Part shown: positions 18,806-31,425 of the stretch, piece by piece | Layout of the letters: the number at the start of each line of letters is the position of its first letter | Position numbering within the stretch: the stretch's first letter is position 1 | From: an uncultured bacterium | GTDB lineage: Bacteria; Planctomycetota; UBA1135; GCA-002686595 | Direction: 5' to 3' | Assembly: GCA_943787795.1 (NCBI GenBank) | Contig: CALSNU010000001.1 | Span: 1,152,001 to 1,216,000 of the forward strand | Length of the DNA: 64,000 nucleotides | The notes under the pieces: model-generated | What the model was told of the DNA's origin: nothing | Database searches by the model: none | The model's input: only the letters and a program-made list of their open reading frames with translations | Program-made: the position numbers and the translations under genes

Positions 18806-18852
18806 ACGAGGCGAGCCCCCCTCCGCGTATGGCGGAGGGGGGCTCGCCTCGT
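18806..18852. terminator. Perfect 21-bp stem-loop between convergent genes
   Basis: ACGAGGCGAGCCCCCCTCCGC-gtatg-GCGGAGGGGGGCTCGCCTCGT. Confidence 0.75.
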
Positions 18853-18905
18853 CTCGGGACCCCCCTGACGGGTGGGAACTCCGGCGGAGATCCCAGCGGT
18901 GAGCC

Positions 18906-21450
<2,545 letters not shown>

Positions 21451-21628
21451 AGAGGGGGGGATTCGAAGGCCGGGGCGGGTTGAAACGCGTCCCTGGGGCG
21501 AGAGCGTGACGCTCCGGCAGCCTTTCACGGACCCCCCGAGCGTCCGCGCTGGGCAGGCCGAGCCACCGGTTCGGTGTGAGCGGCCCGCTGGGTGGGGGGA
21601 GACCCCTCACTCCGTGGACCTCGCAACC

Positions 21629-24016
21629 CTACTCAGCGGCGAGGCCGCTCTCAAGGCGAACGTCGATTGCCTTGCTCCCCGTCTCGAAGGAGCCGATCAG
21701 GAGCTCGCCGTGGACGGGTGAGAAGCGCCACCCGTCATCGGACCTCCCCGACCCCGGCGAGACATCATCTCGCTCCGCGTGGACGCCCGCCGGGTCGATG
21801 GGCTCGAGACGACCGGTGATGAGGCGCCGACCCTGGGCATCGGCATCCAGGGTGGCCATGTCGAACCAGAGGTGGGCCCTGCTGCCGCGCCGGACGGTCT
21901 CGAACTCCTCCTGGAGCGACAGCGGCCCCTGATCGGGGGCCAGGAGGAAGCCCTCCGTCCAGGTCGTCCCCTGGGGCCAGCTGCGCACATCCCCCCGGCC
22001 CCAGTCGGGCCTGCGGTAGGAGGTATAGCCCCGTCGCCCGCTGGCGTCCGACACGCGCAGCCCAAGGGCATAGGCGCCCCGCACGACCTCGCCGCGCTGG
22101 TTGATGTCCACCTCGACCCAGTAGAGGCCGTCGCCGGGGAGTCGGGAGACCCTCAGGTCGTCCAGGCTCATCACCTCGCGCTCCGGCCCGAGGGGGCGCT
22201 CGAGGCGCACGGACCCGAGCGTGGACGTCGGCGAGGGCGAGGGACCCTCTCGAACCACGCGGCGGCGCACGCCCTTGGGGACCTGGCGGGTGAACACCAC
22301 CACCGCGCCCGTCCCGGTGTCAGCGGTGCGATCCCAGAAGGCCGCGGCCACGTGGTACTCCCGGGCGAGCACCTCGACGACCTCCGAAGCCCACGGGGCG
22401 TGCAGGAGGGAGGAGTGAATCAGGAGGGCGTCCTGGGCCCGCATCCGGGCGAGGCTGCTCGCCATGGCCTCGGGGTCCAGTCGTACCTTGGCGGCGTCGA
22501 GCTGGAACGGGAGCTTCTCCAGCTCCCAGCTGGCCGGCGTCCGAAAGAGCACCGCCCAGTGGTAGCTGGACGCGACCTTCGGGGCGCGCCCATCTGCCGA
22601 GATGGGCGCCTGCTCCAGCCACCGCGCCGCGCGCTCGAAGGCCCCAAAGGGTGCGGTGGGGGTCAGGGAGGCGAGGAGGGCGGCTTGCAGCACACCGCCG
22701 AGCAACAGGATCGCGACCACCGCGGCCCGCAGGCGCGGCGCGGCGGCGGAGGCGCTGCCCGCGAGGACGACGAGCCCGATGCCCATGTATGCCGCGTAGG
22801 CCGGCAGCACGGGGAGCCAGATGCGCATGTCCTTGCTGCCCTTGAAGCTCGTGAGCGCTCCGTACGCCAGCGCGATACCCAGGGGCATGAGGCCAACCAG
22901 GGCGGCGCGACTCCCGCCCCGGACGGACCTCAACGCGACTGCGGCGGCGCCCAGACCCACCGCGGGCGCCAGCCAGCGCGCGGAGAACCACTGGAAGTGG
23001 TCGAGGTACCAGGTCCGGCCGGCCAGGGCCCTGAAGTCGTCCGTGGATCGGGAGACGTCGTCCAGGGTGACCTCACCGATGGCGTTCGCGCCCTGCTGGT
23101 AGAGCCACTGGCCGAGGTCCACGGCGCCGATCTCGTACAGCAGCTGGCCGGACTGGGGGCCAAAGTTGATCAGGAGGTAGGTCCAGAGTCCCACGCCGAA
23201 CTGCCCGTAGGTCACCCGGTCCAGGACGCACTGGGCCAGCACGAGGGTGGCCAAGGAGGTCATCGCACCGCTGGCCGTCCGCGCGGCAGCCCTGGGCCCA
23301 CTGGAGAGCGTGCGCCCGACCACCATCGCGACCAGCACCATGAGCACCAGCGGGATGGCCTTGTAGGCGCACATCACGGCGACCCCCAGCCAGGCGCCCG
23401 CGGCCCTTCCCCGGCCGCCAGCCCGCCGGCCTCCGCCGGCTTCCTGGGCGGCCCCGGCGGGATCGAACAGCGCTCGCTCCATCCCCAGGGCCAGGGCGGC
23501 GCCCGCGGCCACGTCGGTCATGGGGATGGCCATGAACTGCACGAGCGTGGGGGACGCCAGGGCGGCGGCTGCCGCCAGGTTCCCCGCGGCAGGCAGCCTC
23601 TCGTTCCGCACCCCGATGGCCCCGGCGATCGCGATGGTCAGCTGCCGCGTGGCGAAGAGCAGGGAGGCGCTGATGAGGAGGTGCACGAATCCCGCGTAGA
23701 GCAGCACCCAGGGCCCCTCGGCGACGCCCGCGAGCCCGGCCAGCCAGAGCGCCGGCGCGTGCAGTGCCGTGATGCCGGCTGCGCGGACCTTCTGGGCGTC
23801 GAGAAGCTCCTCACCTGCGACCAGGGCGCGGGCTCGCTCGAGGTACTCGACGACATCGGCGAAGAGGGCGCCCTCGACGCGGATCCAGGACCAGGTGCCT
23901 AGCAGGGCGGCCACGCCGACGAGCGCGAGGAAGCCGGGATCCCGCCACGCTCCGGCGGCGCCTGACGGTGCCTGCGGCCGCGCGCCGGCGGGGGACCCTT
24001 GGTGTGGGGCGCTCAT
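21629..24016 (-). CDS. Multi-TM membrane protein, probable GT-C (ArnT/PMT-like) glycosyltransferase with a soluble C-terminal domain
   Basis: First TM followed by ADVVEYLERARAL, many hydrophobic segments, MTDV, KDMRIWLPVLP; C-terminal W.RGDVRSWP.G. Confidence 0.6.
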   Translation of the reverse strand: MSAPHQGSPAGARPQAPSGAAGAWRDPGFLALVGVAALLGTWSWIRVEGALFADVVEYLERARALVAGEELLDAQKVRAAGITALHAPALWLAGLAGVAEGPWVLLYAGFVHLLISASLLFATRQLTIAIAGAIGVRNERLPAAGNLAAAAALASPTLVQFMAIPMTDVAAGAALALGMERALFDPAGAAQEAGGGRRAGGRGRAAGAWLGVAVMCAYKAIPLVLMVLVAMVVGRTLSSGPRAAARTASGAMTSLATLVLAQCVLDRVTYGQFGVGLWTYLLINFGPQSGQLLYEIGAVDLGQWLYQQGANAIGEVTLDDVSRSTDDFRALAGRTWYLDHFQWFSARWLAPAVGLGAAAVALRSVRGGSRAALVGLMPLGIALAYGALTSFKGSKDMRIWLPVLPAYAAYMGIGLVVLAGSASAAAPRLRAAVVAILLLGGVLQAALLASLTPTAPFGAFERAARWLEQAPISADGRAPKVASSYHWAVLFRTPASWELEKLPFQLDAAKVRLDPEAMASSLARMRAQDALLIHSSLLHAPWASEVVEVLAREYHVAAAFWDRTADTGTGAVVVFTRQVPKGVRRRVVREGPSPSPTSTLGSVRLERPLGPEREVMSLDDLRVSRLPGDGLYWVEVDINQRGEVVRGAYALGLRVSDASGRRGYTSYRRPDWGRGDVRSWPQGTTWTEGFLLAPDQGPLSLQEEFETVRRGSRAHLWFDMATLDADAQGRRLITGRLEPIDPAGVHAERDDVSPGSGRSDDGWRFSPVHGELLIGSFETGSKAIDVRLESGLAAE

Positions 24017-24307
24017 GGGAGCGTGAAGATACCCACTGGGAGATCGATCTCTTCGCGGAAAGGCAGCAGCCGGTACTTGAAACGGGCGCGCCCGATCTCG
24101 ATTGTGGGGACGCCCCGGTGCTCCGGAGCGTCGCCCGCACATCGACGCCCCGGATGTTCGCCGGGTCCCCCGTGACCGCGGGGAGCTCCGCACACCGTCC
24201 ACCACACCACACCGTCGGCCCTCGCGCGCCGCCGGCCACGCGCCCTGCTCCAGGGGCGGAGTCTTCTCCGCCCGATCGGCACCGCGCCACCAGAGGGAAG
24301 TTCATCC

Positions 24308-25042
24308 ATGGGAAAGACCGAGAAGATCGTGGTCCTCAGCGTCCTCTTCGCCGTCGTCGTCCTCTTTGTCTGGTCGCTTCAGGGGCCCGAGGCCCGCGCG
24401 TCTGCTGCTGAAGGTCCCGACCCGGTACCGAGCACGAGCCAGCAGGAGGAGTCAGCCAATGTCTTCCAGCGGGCCACGCCCAAGCCCCGCCCCGTCATCA
24501 ACCTCGAGGAGCCCGACGACGTCGATCTGACCCTCGGGGGCACCTCGACCGTCGCCCGCGCTGACGATGTCGCGACCCTGGGAGGGGAGGGCCTTCTCAA
24601 CTCCGCCGTCGTCGTAGAGAACCCGGTAGACCGCAGCGCCGTTGCACTGCAGGCCGGCTGGGACCTCGTCACCGTCCGCGGCCTGGAGCCGACCGTGGAC
24701 CCGGAGATGATGATCCTCCGCCCCGAAGCCGGGTCGACGTGGACCTCGCTCGCCGCCACCCTCTACGGGGACGAGAGCCGGTCGCGCCTCCTGCGTCACT
24801 ACAACGAGGGGATGTCGGCCCCCGGTGAGCAGATCCTCGTCCCTGCGGTGGATGACCTCGGGCCTGCGCCGACCTTCCTCAAGGTCGAGGTCCTCGACGG
24901 GGAGAGCCTCTGGCTGGTCTCCGAGAGGACCCTCGGCTCGGGTGCCCGGTGGAAGGAGATCTTCGACCTCAACCGGGACCTGATCTCCGACGCGAGCAAG
25001 GTCCGCCCGGGGCTCGTGCTGCGGGTCCCGGCGGCCAACTGA
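24308..25042 (+). CDS. Membrane-anchored LysM-domain protein
   Basis: N-terminal TM; V..GESLW.VSER.LGSGARWKEIFDLN.......VRPG.VL.VP LysM plus a degenerate second copy. Confidence 0.85.
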   Translation: MGKTEKIVVLSVLFAVVVLFVWSLQGPEARASAAEGPDPVPSTSQQEESANVFQRATPKPRPVINLEEPDDVDLTLGGTSTVARADDVATLGGEGLLNSAVVVENPVDRSAVALQAGWDLVTVRGLEPTVDPEMMILRPEAGSTWTSLAATLYGDESRSRLLRHYNEGMSAPGEQILVPAVDDLGPAPTFLKVEVLDGESLWLVSERTLGSGARWKEIFDLNRDLISDASKVRPGLVLRVPAAN

Positions 25043-25359
25043 CGGCTCTGGGTCTCCGGGGCTCCGGGTCTCAGGGGCTCTGCGCTCTGGGGCTGCGGGA
25101 CTGGCTCGTCCGCTGGATTCTCCTCGGTCGTTGGGTCCGGCCCCGGGAGCTGGCGCGTCCGGGGGGACTGGTATCCCCTGGAGAGGGGCCCCTCAGGCGG
25201 GGCCGTGATGAAGGGCACACCGCGCCCAGGAGTTCGCGCGAGGGGTCTGACCGTCCGCCTCGCCGGCTCGGCCTTGACCGCTGTTCCAGCGCAGTTCCAG
25301 CGGCGCTGCAGCCGCCTGGTGGCCTCGCCTGAACTGGACCGCCGCGGCCCGCGCCGACT

Positions 25360-26772
25360 TCAGCGCAGGCCGTAGCGGTCCAGCTTCTTGTAGAGATGGC
25401 TGCGCTGCATGCCCAGTTCCTCGGCGGTCCGCTTCACGTTGCCGCTGTTCCGCTCGAGCCGTCGTTCGAAGAACAGGGCCTCGGCCTCGTTCTTGAACTG
25501 CTCGAACGTCTCCGCCTCGAAGGGCCCCTCGACCGATGCCGAGCCCGGGCGAGTCGGGGCGAGCGCGGGGCCGGTCGCGAGCACGCGGCTGATGTCGTCC
25601 CCCTCGATCCGCTGGTCGTCGCAGAAGATCGACGCGGCTTCGAGGACGTTCCTCAACTGCCGGACATTGCCCGGCCAACCGTGAGACTGCAGGGCGTCCT
25701 CCGCGTCGCTGGCGAGCGCGACAGGGCTCCTGCCGATGCGCTCCGCCTGCCGCTCCAGCAGGTGGCGGGCGATGAGCGGGATGTCCCCGGGCCGCGCACG
25801 CAGAGGGGGGACCTCGATGGCGACCACGTTGAGGCGGTAGTAGAGGTCCATGCGGAACGCGCGGTCCTCCACGGCCTTCGAGAGGTCCGCGTTCGTGGCA
25901 GCGAGCACCCGCAGGTCCACGGCTCGGCTGGTGCTGTCTCCGACGCGGACGACCTCGTGAGACTCGAGGGCGCGCAGCACCTTGGCCTGGGCGGGCAGGG
26001 GCATGTCGCCCACCTCGTCCAGGAAGAGGTCGCCCCCGTGGGAGGCCTCGAAGTGACCGACCCGATCCTCATGAGCGCCGGTGAAGGACCCCTTCACGTG
26101 GCCGAAGAGCTCGGACTCCACGAGGTCGGGGGGGATCGCGGCACAGTTGACGGTGACGAACGGGCCGGCGGCTCGGGGTCCGTTGAGGTGAATGTTGCGG
26201 GCCACCAGCTCCTTGCCGACACCGTTCTCCCCGGTGATCAGCACCGAGGCGTCGGTCTGGGCGACCCGTTCGATGGTCTCGCCCATCTGCCGCATGACGT
26301 CGGACTCGCCGATCAGCTCGTAGCCCGACCTGAGCTGCTGCTTGAGGCCCCGGTTCTCGACCACCAGGTCCTGTTCCCGGATGGCTCGATGGACGGTGAC
26401 GAGGAGTCGGTGCTCGTCGAGCGGCTTCTCGAGGAAGTTGACCGCGCCACGCTGCATGGCGTCCACGGCAACCGGCACGTCGCCGTGCCCGCTGATGAGG
26501 ACCACCGGCGGCGCGGACTCGACGGCGGCGATGCGGTCCAGGAGCTCGAGGCCGTCGAGGCCCGGCATCTTCACATCCGTCAGCACGAGAGCCGGCGCCT
26601 CAGGTTCGGACTCCAGGCGGGCCAGGGCCTCGGTGCCCGACCTGGCGGTCCAGACCTCGAAACCCTCGTACTGCAGGGTCATCTCCAGGGTCTGCCGGAT
26701 GTCCGCATCGTCGTCGACGACAAGGATGGCCTTGCGGGCCCCGGGGAGGGCGGCGTTGGTGAGATCTCCCAT
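25360..26772 (-). CDS. Sigma-54-dependent response regulator (NtrC/NtrX family, REC-AAA-Fis)
   Basis: ILVVDDD, DVKMPG, GENGVGKE, ESELFGHVKGSFTGA, LFLDEVGD, WPGNVRQL, Fis-type HTH. Confidence 0.95.
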   Translation of the reverse strand: MGDLTNAALPGARKAILVVDDDADIRQTLEMTLQYEGFEVWTARSGTEALARLESEPEAPALVLTDVKMPGLDGLELLDRIAAVESAPPVVLISGHGDVPVAVDAMQRGAVNFLEKPLDEHRLLVTVHRAIREQDLVVENRGLKQQLRSGYELIGESDVMRQMGETIERVAQTDASVLITGENGVGKELVARNIHLNGPRAAGPFVTVNCAAIPPDLVESELFGHVKGSFTGAHEDRVGHFEASHGGDLFLDEVGDMPLPAQAKVLRALESHEVVRVGDSTSRAVDLRVLAATNADLSKAVEDRAFRMDLYYRLNVVAIEVPPLRARPGDIPLIARHLLERQAERIGRSPVALASDAEDALQSHGWPGNVRQLRNVLEAASIFCDDQRIEGDDISRVLATGPALAPTRPGSASVEGPFEAETFEQFKNEAEALFFERRLERNSGNVKRTAEELGMQRSHLYKKLDRYGLR

Positions 26773-26820
26773 GGCCCTATTGTGCCCGATCCATCGGTTC
26801 GATCCGCGGGCTCGATCCGC

Positions 26821-26924
26821 GGAGCCGACCGGCGGAGCCGACCGGGGGAGCGGACCCGAGGAGCAGATTCGGGGAGCAGATTCGGGGAGCAGATTCGGGG
26901 AGCCGACTTGCGGGGCCGACCCGC
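26821..26924. repeat. 13-bp tandem repeat, 8 copies (GGAGCAGATTCGG consensus)
   Basis: Three identical central units flanked by diverged units such as GGAGCCGACCGGC. Confidence 0.85.
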
Positions 26925-27260
26925 GACGCCGTCGCCTCCGCCCGGGGGAGGCGCAGGGAGCTGGGCTGCGTCCGTCCCCTCTCCGGCACAGCGAGCCGGC
27001 GGGCGGGCCCTTGGACGGTGGGCGACGGCTCGACAGCTGACCGCCATCAGGTCACCGCCGCGCGAGGGCCGTCCTGGTCAGGCGCGGGCCTTGCCGGCGA
27101 AGTTCCGGTGAAGTTCCGGTGAGGTGCCGTGGCCTGAGCCCGCCGGAGGTTCATGCGAAGGTCCACGCGAAGGGTCGTGCAAAGGACCGCGAGCGGGCCG
27201 TGGCCATGGGAAGTCCGGGACATGGCCCGCGTACCCCCGTGATTCCGGTTCAATGTCGCC

Positions 27261-28541
27261 ATGCACTCAAGGCCGCCTGGAGATCGAGCGTTCCTCGCGG
27301 ACAGAGACCTGGTGGCGGGGGTCCTGTCAGGGACCTCGGCGGACGGGATCGACGTCGCGGTGGGGCGGATCGCGCTGCGCGACCACGATGGAGGGCAGAC
27401 GGTCCGCGGGGTCGAGGCCACCGAGATGGCGACGGTGCCCATGGCGGCCGAGCTGTCGTCGCGCGTTCGAGGTGTCCTCGATGGGGCCGCGATCTCCCTC
27501 CCGGACCTCGCGGCGCTTGACCGGGACCTCGGCCTCGCCTTTGGCGCCGCGGTCCGAACGGTGGCAGGGGCGGACGCGCCCCTGGCCCTGGTCGCGAGCC
27601 ACGGGCAGACCGTCTTCCACCACGACGGCGAGCCTGGCCTGGGCAAGGTGACCCTGCAGCTCGGGGACGGAGACTTCGTCGCCGAGGCGGCGGGGTGCGC
27701 GGTGGCCTCTGACTTCCGCACCCGTGACTGCGCTGCGGGCGGAGAGGGCGCGCCGCTGGTGGTGTTGGTGGACGAGGTGCTGTTCGCAGCGGCGCCCCGC
27801 CCCCTCGCCATCCTCAACCTGGGCGGGATCGCCAACTGGACGCTGCTGCGCCCTGGGGCTCCCCCCGTGGGGTCGGACGCTGGCCCCGCCGGAGCCCTGC
27901 TGGACGGGCTGGCCCGCTCGGTGCTCGACCGCCCCATGGACAGGGACGGGCTCGTAGCGGCTCGGGGCGCGGTGCTGCCCGGGCCGCTCGAGGCGCTGAG
28001 CGACCACCCCTTTCTGGCGCGTCCCTGGCCAAAATCGACCGGCCTGGACACCTTCGGCCCCGCCTTCGTGGCGGCCTTCATGGCCTCCGCGCCCGGGGCT
28101 TCGGCGGAAGATTTGCTGGCCACGGCCACGCGATTCGTCGCCCAGGCCTCGGTGGGGGACCTCCTCGGGGAGGACCGCTGGAGATCCCTCCAGGCCGGAG
28201 CTGAGCAGGCCGGAGCTGGGCAGGCCGGAGCTGGGCAGCCGGGGGCTGAGCAGGCGGGGGTCGAGGTGGCCGTGGCGGGGGGCGGGGCGAGGAATCCGAC
28301 CCTCATGCGTGGGATCGAGGAGGAGCTCCGGACCCAACTCTCGCCCCTCGGATCCAGGCTAAGCGGGTTCGGGCCATCGGATCGGCACGGGGTCCCCGCT
28401 GATTTCAGAGAGGCCCTGGCGTTCGCGGTCCTGGGAGCGCGGCTCGCGGTGGGCGAATCCTCCTCGCGGCCCGAGGTCACGGGCGCGCGACGGGGCAGGG
28501 TGCTCGGGAAATGGTCGAGCGGGGCCCCGGGCGGGCTCTGA
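27261..28541 (+). CDS. anmK: Anhydro-N-acetylmuramic acid kinase
   Basis: LSGTSADGID, SHGQTVFH, DFRTRD.AAGGEGAPL, LNLGGIAN, PKSTG, GGGARN, REALAFA. Confidence 0.93.
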   Translation: MHSRPPGDRAFLADRDLVAGVLSGTSADGIDVAVGRIALRDHDGGQTVRGVEATEMATVPMAAELSSRVRGVLDGAAISLPDLAALDRDLGLAFGAAVRTVAGADAPLALVASHGQTVFHHDGEPGLGKVTLQLGDGDFVAEAAGCAVASDFRTRDCAAGGEGAPLVVLVDEVLFAAAPRPLAILNLGGIANWTLLRPGAPPVGSDAGPAGALLDGLARSVLDRPMDRDGLVAARGAVLPGPLEALSDHPFLARPWPKSTGLDTFGPAFVAAFMASAPGASAEDLLATATRFVAQASVGDLLGEDRWRSLQAGAEQAGAGQAGAGQPGAEQAGVEVAVAGGGARNPTLMRGIEEELRTQLSPLGSRLSGFGPSDRHGVPADFREALAFAVLGARLAVGESSSRPEVTGARRGRVLGKWSSGAPGGL

Positions 28542-28718
28542 GAGGGGGCGGTCATCCAGGAATTGGCGGGTAGCCTCCGGCCGGCACGGGACATATGGAC
28601 AGCGGAGCCCTTTCACTTCGGGCGGGATCTCGCCCGATCCTCCGGTCAATTCCTCCCTTCAGGGCGGCGCCGGCGGCAAGAGATCCTGCTCGCTGACGAT
28701 TGCGGGGCGTTGCGTTCC

Positions 28719-28746
28719 TTGACCACCCCCCTCGCTCCGCTATCAT
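28719..28746 (+). promoter_or_regulatory. Putative sigma-70 promoter for the HEAT-repeat gene
   Basis: TTGACC-16 nt-TATCAT. Confidence 0.55.
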
Positions 28747-29039
28747 CCTGGCTCCCCCGACAGGTCATCCGACCTTGCCGCGGGGTGCATCATCCCCCCA
28801 AGTTCCTCTCAACGGTCCGCGTTGTGTGACCTGGCCCGGGCTCGCCCGGATCGTCAGGTCTCTCGGATCGCTTCTCCGAATACGGACTTCACCTCCGCCA
28901 TTCTCCCCGACCGGATTCCCTGCTCTGAGCGGCCCTCAATCGAGGGCTTCCTGGGGCGAGTGATTCGGCCTCCTGCGGCCCTGTCCGCCTGAGGCCTTCG
29001 GTCCGACAGTCCGCCTCCACGGGTTCTTCCATTTCCGCC

Positions 29040-31130
29040 ATGAGCCGATCGCGCTTCCTGGGCCTCTTCGCCCTCCCCGTCCTCGTTGCGAGCGCCACCG
29101 CGTTCCCCCTGGACGTTTCCAGCGACTTCGACGCCGCCATCGACCTGTGGTCGCGCGGCCGTAAGCAGGAGGCGCTCGACGCGATGCGTCGCATGCTCGC
29201 CTCCGACCCGGAACCGGCCGAGGTCTTCCAGGTCTATCTCGCCGCGGACTCGGACACCCTCGCCGACTTCATGGCTGAGGGCGATGAGTACACCCAGGTC
29301 GCACTGCGCTTCATCGAGCGCGCGAGCCTCGGCCGTGCCGAGCTTCGTAACGACGATTCGTCGATTCGCAGCCTCGTTCGCGAGTACTTCGGAGCGACGA
29401 CCACCGCTGACCGCCTCTCGGCGCTGTCGCGCATCAGCGCCCAGCACGGTGAATACGCGGTGCCGATGTTCGTGAACGTGCTCGGTGACGACAGCGATCC
29501 CGAGCGGGTCACTGACGCCATGCTGGCGGTTCAGACCATGGGTCCGGCCGCGGTTCAGCCGCTGCTGGCCGCTCTGGCCTCAGAGGATGACTTCCAGCGT
29601 CGCAACGTCGTCATGGCGCTCGGCAACATTGCCGACCCCCGCGCTGGTGCGGCGCTGCTGATGCACGCCACCGCCGACGCTTCCGAGACCATTCGAGCCG
29701 TCGCCGCCCTCGGCGCTGAGCGCTGCGGCGCCGCCGGAGATCCGACGGCCCTCTTCCTCCAACTCGGTGAGGACTACCACCACCGGCGCGCTTCGGTCCT
29801 CCGTGACCTCGACTACAGCGACGTCATCTGGACCTGGAGCGACCGCGCCCTGGTGGCCAACGAGAGCCCGCGTGCCATCTACAACAATGTGCTGGCCAAG
29901 GGTGCGTTCTACCACGCGCTGGGGCTCGCCCCCGACTCCCAGGACGCCGTCGCCGGCATCGCACGTGAGTCGGTGGACATCCAGTCGAAGCTGGCCGCCC
30001 TCGACGCTGCTGGCGAAGACGTCGGCGCCCACCTTGAGGCCGCGAACGAAGGGATGCTGGCCGTGATGAGCGCGGGCACCGACGCCCTCGACCGTGCGCT
30101 GAACATGTCCGTGGCTTCAGGCGACTCCGCCACGGGCGGCCGCCTCGCCTCGGTCCTCGGGCAAATCGCCTCGGCCCCGACGAGCGGCCTCAACGCAGCC
30201 CTGATCGGCGGCGGCGCATCGATGGCCGGTGAGGCCGCCGTGGCCCTCGGCATGATCGGAGCCCGCACCAACACCGCTGTCTCCAGCGATGTGGTCGCCG
30301 AGCTCGGAACCGCTGCGGGTCGCCGTGTCGTCAAGCTGGCCGTGATCATCGACGGGGACGCCCAGCGTGCCGCTGACATGATCACCGCGCTCGACGGACA
30401 GGGCGTCCTCGCCCAGCACGCAGGAAGCGGCGCCCAAGGGCTGGTCATGATCGGCCAGCTCGGCGGCATCGACACGATCCTGGTGGGGGACGACCTTCCG
30501 GATCTCACCACGGACGCGGTCATCTCCCGAGTGCGTCAGAACCCCGCGTTCGAGGGCACCCCGACCTACCTGCTCACCGCGGACGAGGACCTGGCTGACG
30601 CTTACGGCGATCGGATCCAGGGCAGCTTCGCCGGTGCCGACGGGATCGACGCCCTCTCCGATGTCTTCGAGGCTCGTCTCGACGAGAACCGCGCCCGCGC
30701 GGACGCCCTCGCTCAGAGCGCTGCCATGGCACTCCGGATGCTCGCCTGGCGCGGGAACACGGACCTCTCTGGCGCTGTCCCGGGCCTCGCGGCCGCGACC
30801 GACGGTCGCCGCGACGGCATCGCGGTCCCCGCGCTCAACACGATCGGGCTCATCGGCGACGCTTCCCACGTGGACGTGGCCCTCGCGGTGCTCGCCAACG
30901 GCGGCGCATCGGACCTGAGTCGAATCGCTGCCGCGGAAGCTGTCGGGAGGATCGGTGGTCGCATCGACCTCGCCGCTGCCGTCTCCAGCGCCATGCGCGA
31001 GGTGATGGAGAGCGACGCGAGCCTGGAGCTGCGTACCGCCACCGCCAAGGCCCTGGGCCACATGAACCTCGGTGCGGAGTCCCGCGCCGGCGTCCTCGAG
31101 AGCGTCCGCTCGCGAGTCGGCGCTCAGTGA
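29040..31130 (+). CDS. Exported HEAT-repeat protein with an inserted degenerate receiver-like domain
   Basis: Signal peptide (ATA-FP); HEAT units (AVQPLLAALASEDDFQRRNVVMALGNI; LRTATAKALG); LAVIIDGD...SGAQGL...DTILVGDDLPD...TPTYLLT. Confidence 0.7.
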   Translation: MSRSRFLGLFALPVLVASATAFPLDVSSDFDAAIDLWSRGRKQEALDAMRRMLASDPEPAEVFQVYLAADSDTLADFMAEGDEYTQVALRFIERASLGRAELRNDDSSIRSLVREYFGATTTADRLSALSRISAQHGEYAVPMFVNVLGDDSDPERVTDAMLAVQTMGPAAVQPLLAALASEDDFQRRNVVMALGNIADPRAGAALLMHATADASETIRAVAALGAERCGAAGDPTALFLQLGEDYHHRRASVLRDLDYSDVIWTWSDRALVANESPRAIYNNVLAKGAFYHALGLAPDSQDAVAGIARESVDIQSKLAALDAAGEDVGAHLEAANEGMLAVMSAGTDALDRALNMSVASGDSATGGRLASVLGQIASAPTSGLNAALIGGGASMAGEAAVALGMIGARTNTAVSSDVVAELGTAAGRRVVKLAVIIDGDAQRAADMITALDGQGVLAQHAGSGAQGLVMIGQLGGIDTILVGDDLPDLTTDAVISRVRQNPAFEGTPTYLLTADEDLADAYGDRIQGSFAGADGIDALSDVFEARLDENRARADALAQSAAMALRMLAWRGNTDLSGAVPGLAAATDGRRDGIAVPALNTIGLIGDASHVDVALAVLANGGASDLSRIAAAEAVGRIGGRIDLAAAVSSAMREVMESDASLELRTATAKALGHMNLGAESRAGVLESVRSRVGAQ

Positions 31131-31200
31131 GACACGCCCCCGGCTGAGGGGCTGCGGGCGCACCGGCCTGCGGCACTTTGGACGGGTGTTGTCCCGGGTG

Positions 31201-31245
31201 AAAAAAACTGCGAGGCCCGCTGCCGCTCCCGGCAGCGGGCCTCGC
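31201..31245 (-). terminator. Perfect 16-bp hairpin with its T-tract on the minus strand
   Basis: A7-CT-GCGAGGCCCGCTGCCG-ctcc-CGGCAGCGGGCCTCGC. Confidence 0.65.
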
Positions 31246-31320
31246 TATGATTCCTCGCCGCTCGAAGGCGAGCCTGGATCGCGCATCACGCGCGCCGGCC
31301 TTTCCTCCGAGCACCTGAAG

Positions 31321-31395
31321 GCCAGAGTAGCTCAGTGGTAGAGCACTGCTTTCGTAAAGCAGCGGTCACGGGTTCAAATCCCGTCTCTGGCTCCA
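31321..31395 (+). tRNA. tRNA-Thr (anticodon CGT)
   Basis: Acceptor stem GCCAGAG/CTCTGGC, D arm GCTC/GAGC, anticodon stem CTGCT/AGCAG with loop TTCGTAA, T loop GTTCAAATC, encoded CCA. Confidence 0.97.
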
Positions 31396-31425
31396 TCCCC
31401 CTTCGCGCCCCAGGAGGGCCCGCGG

